Shown in pieces: positions 62,746-64,000 of a stretch of DNA of 64,000 bases. Origin of the DNA: a virus; IMG/VR virus record IMGVR_UViG_3300016471_000988, positions 32,001 to 96,000 of that record; one strand, written 5' to 3'. The notes beneath the pieces are model-generated. The model saw only the letters and a list, made by a program, of their open reading frames with translations, was not told the DNA's origin and searched no databases. The position numbers were made by a program, and so were the translations under genes. Every line of letters begins with the position of its first letter. Positions within the stretch are counted from its first letter, which is position 1.

Positions 62746-63450
62746 GTGAAAATCAAGGCTTATACTTTATTCACAGATTCACATAAAAAGTTTCTAACAG
62801 ATTATTTTTTACCTACGTTCCCTTTCAGGAAAGAAATTGAGCTAACAGTTCTTCATAGACCACAACATTGCAAAACAGCGCTGTTTGAGACTGATGGCTG
62901 GAAGGATACGATGAGGGACAAAACTACATGTTTTTACGAAAAACTTCAAGAATGTAAAGATGGAGAGGTTTTTATGTTTATTGACCCAGATATACAATTT
63001 TTTGGCGATTTTTATGATGATATAATATCAAGAATACAGCACATAGACGTACTGTGGCAGAATGATGTTATTGGCGGTGTTAATACAGGATTCTTCGCGG
63101 TAAAGAATAATAAGCGAACAAGATCTTTTTTTAAGACGTTACTTGGTAATCTCGAATCAAAGGACTTCAGTCAAGAGCAAGTACTAGCAAATTATTTGCT
63201 ACAAAATGCCAGTCTATATCCATCAATAGCTATTGACTGGGCATTTCTTCCAGAATCATATTGGACATATGGGTGGGTTGCTGCTAGTGCAGATCCTCGA
63301 ACCGGCGCGTGTAGGGGTGGTTGGAAGCCAGACTCACTAGACTTTGATATACCTAAAAATATAATTATCCATCACGCAAACTGGACGGGTGGAATAGACA
63401 ATAAGCTAGCCTTGCTTAATATAGTAAAAGAAAAATATGCACGACTTTAA
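62746..63450 (+). CDS. nucleotide-diphospho-sugar transferase (GT77-like)
   Basis: FIDPDIQF DxD motif, NTGFF, EQ..N, HANW. Confidence 0.8.
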   Translation: MKIKAYTLFTDSHKKFLTDYFLPTFPFRKEIELTVLHRPQHCKTALFETDGWKDTMRDKTTCFYEKLQECKDGEVFMFIDPDIQFFGDFYDDIISRIQHIDVLWQNDVIGGVNTGFFAVKNNKRTRSFFKTLLGNLESKDFSQEQVLANYLLQNASLYPSIAIDWAFLPESYWTYGWVAASADPRTGACRGGWKPDSLDFDIPKNIIIHHANWTGGIDNKLALLNIVKEKYARL

Positions 63451-64000
63451 AGACCTAAGAATTACCCCAACTTATTCACCATACCCACCGTATCATACCG
63501 GTCCATATATGGAAGAGTTTTTTTATAATTTTTATAAAAAAAATAAAGAAGATTTTGATAGAACTGAAATTACCCTAATTCCAATTTTCTGGACTAACCT
63601 ATACATTGCCGGGGTACCAGATGATATTATCCAAGAGTATATAGATGTATTACCTAAAGATAAAAAATACTTTACATTATGTCAATTTGACGACGGCATA
63701 CATCACACTTTACCGAAACATACTATTAATTTTGTTGCTGGTGGCAATAAGGAGGGAATCCCCGTTCCCTTAATCTGCTCACCTATTCCTGATAGCTACA
63801 TCGATAAAACATTGTCTAAAGATATATTTTGTTCTTTTGTTGGAACATGTCTTAATACCGACAAATATTCATGCCGTTTGAAGTTATATGAAGAATATGG
63901 CCAGGATAATCAATTTTATTTCAATGAAAAGCGCCCATGGGATCGTATTGTAACTAGAACTCAGTTTGAAGAGTTTTGCAATATTACGCAGCGATCAACA
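63437..64000 (+). CDS. exostosin-like (GT47) glycosyltransferase, truncated by the window edge
   Basis: ATG 63437; MHDFKDLRITPTYSPYPPYH...KDIFCSFVG...R; open to the end; not in the ORF track. Confidence 0.7.
   Translation, partial: MHDFKDLRITPTYSPYPPYHTGPYMEEFFYNFYKKNKEDFDRTEITLIPIFWTNLYIAGVPDDIIQEYIDVLPKDKKYFTLCQFDDGIHHTLPKHTINFVAGGNKEGIPVPLICSPIPDSYIDKTLSKDIFCSFVGTCLNTDKYSCRLKLYEEYGQDNQFYFNEKRPWDRIVTRTQFEEFCNITQRST

Noticed and set aside
1-64000. Stop-codon reassignment
   Set aside because: Conserved genes are full length in code 11; TAG (folE, queE) and TGA (52090, 57429) end genes at natural boundaries
1-64000. tRNA genes, CRISPR arrays, rRNA
   Set aside because: No intergenic space large enough except 49483-49787, which holds an ORF; no cloverleaf or regular repeat-spacer pattern seen (tRNAscan-SE/CRISPR tools would confirm)
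1-64000. dpdA/tgt, queF, major capsid, portal, gp21, gp5 and gp62
   Set aside because: No ORF with recognisable motifs; probably outside the window, so their absence is not claimed for the genome

Overview
A 64 kb, AT-rich, very densely coded segment of a large T4-like (contractile-tailed) phage genome in the standard genetic code. It holds: (1) a tail/baseplate/packaging block at ~1-20 kb (gp6, gp25, gp27-like, gp53, gp48-like, gp26-like, gp54-like, tube gp19, sheath gp18, gp3, terminase gp17 and a gp16 candidate, neck gp14); (2) a T4-type replisome and recombination set (gp44, gp45, gp32, gp61, gp41, gp43, gp46/47, UvsX/UvsY/UvsW, late sigma gp55, dUTPase); (3) a dispersed 7-deazaguanine pathway (folE, queD, queE, queC plus an adjacent class II amidotransferase), with no dpdA/tgt recognisable in the window; (4) a glycosyltransferase/methyltransferase cluster at the right end; and (5) about 18 late ORFs whose N-termini resemble the T4 capsid-targeting, gp21-cleaved propeptide. 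Among the last group are an RNA-ligase-like protein, an HxGH nucleotidyltransferase, a PD-(D/E)xK nuclease-like protein, an aspartic-protease-like protein and an L,D-transpeptidase-like protein, which suggests an injected enzyme payload. Nearly every transcription unit has a promoter 4-7 nt before the start codon (late NTAAATA, or sigma70-like TTGAW-N15-17-TANNNT) and no Shine-Dalgarno sequence, pointing to largely leaderless mRNAs. This pattern lets many ORF-track starts be corrected, and it exposes a nested in-frame isoform and a hidden ORF. All assignments come from motif recognition and gene order by eye; no database searches were run.
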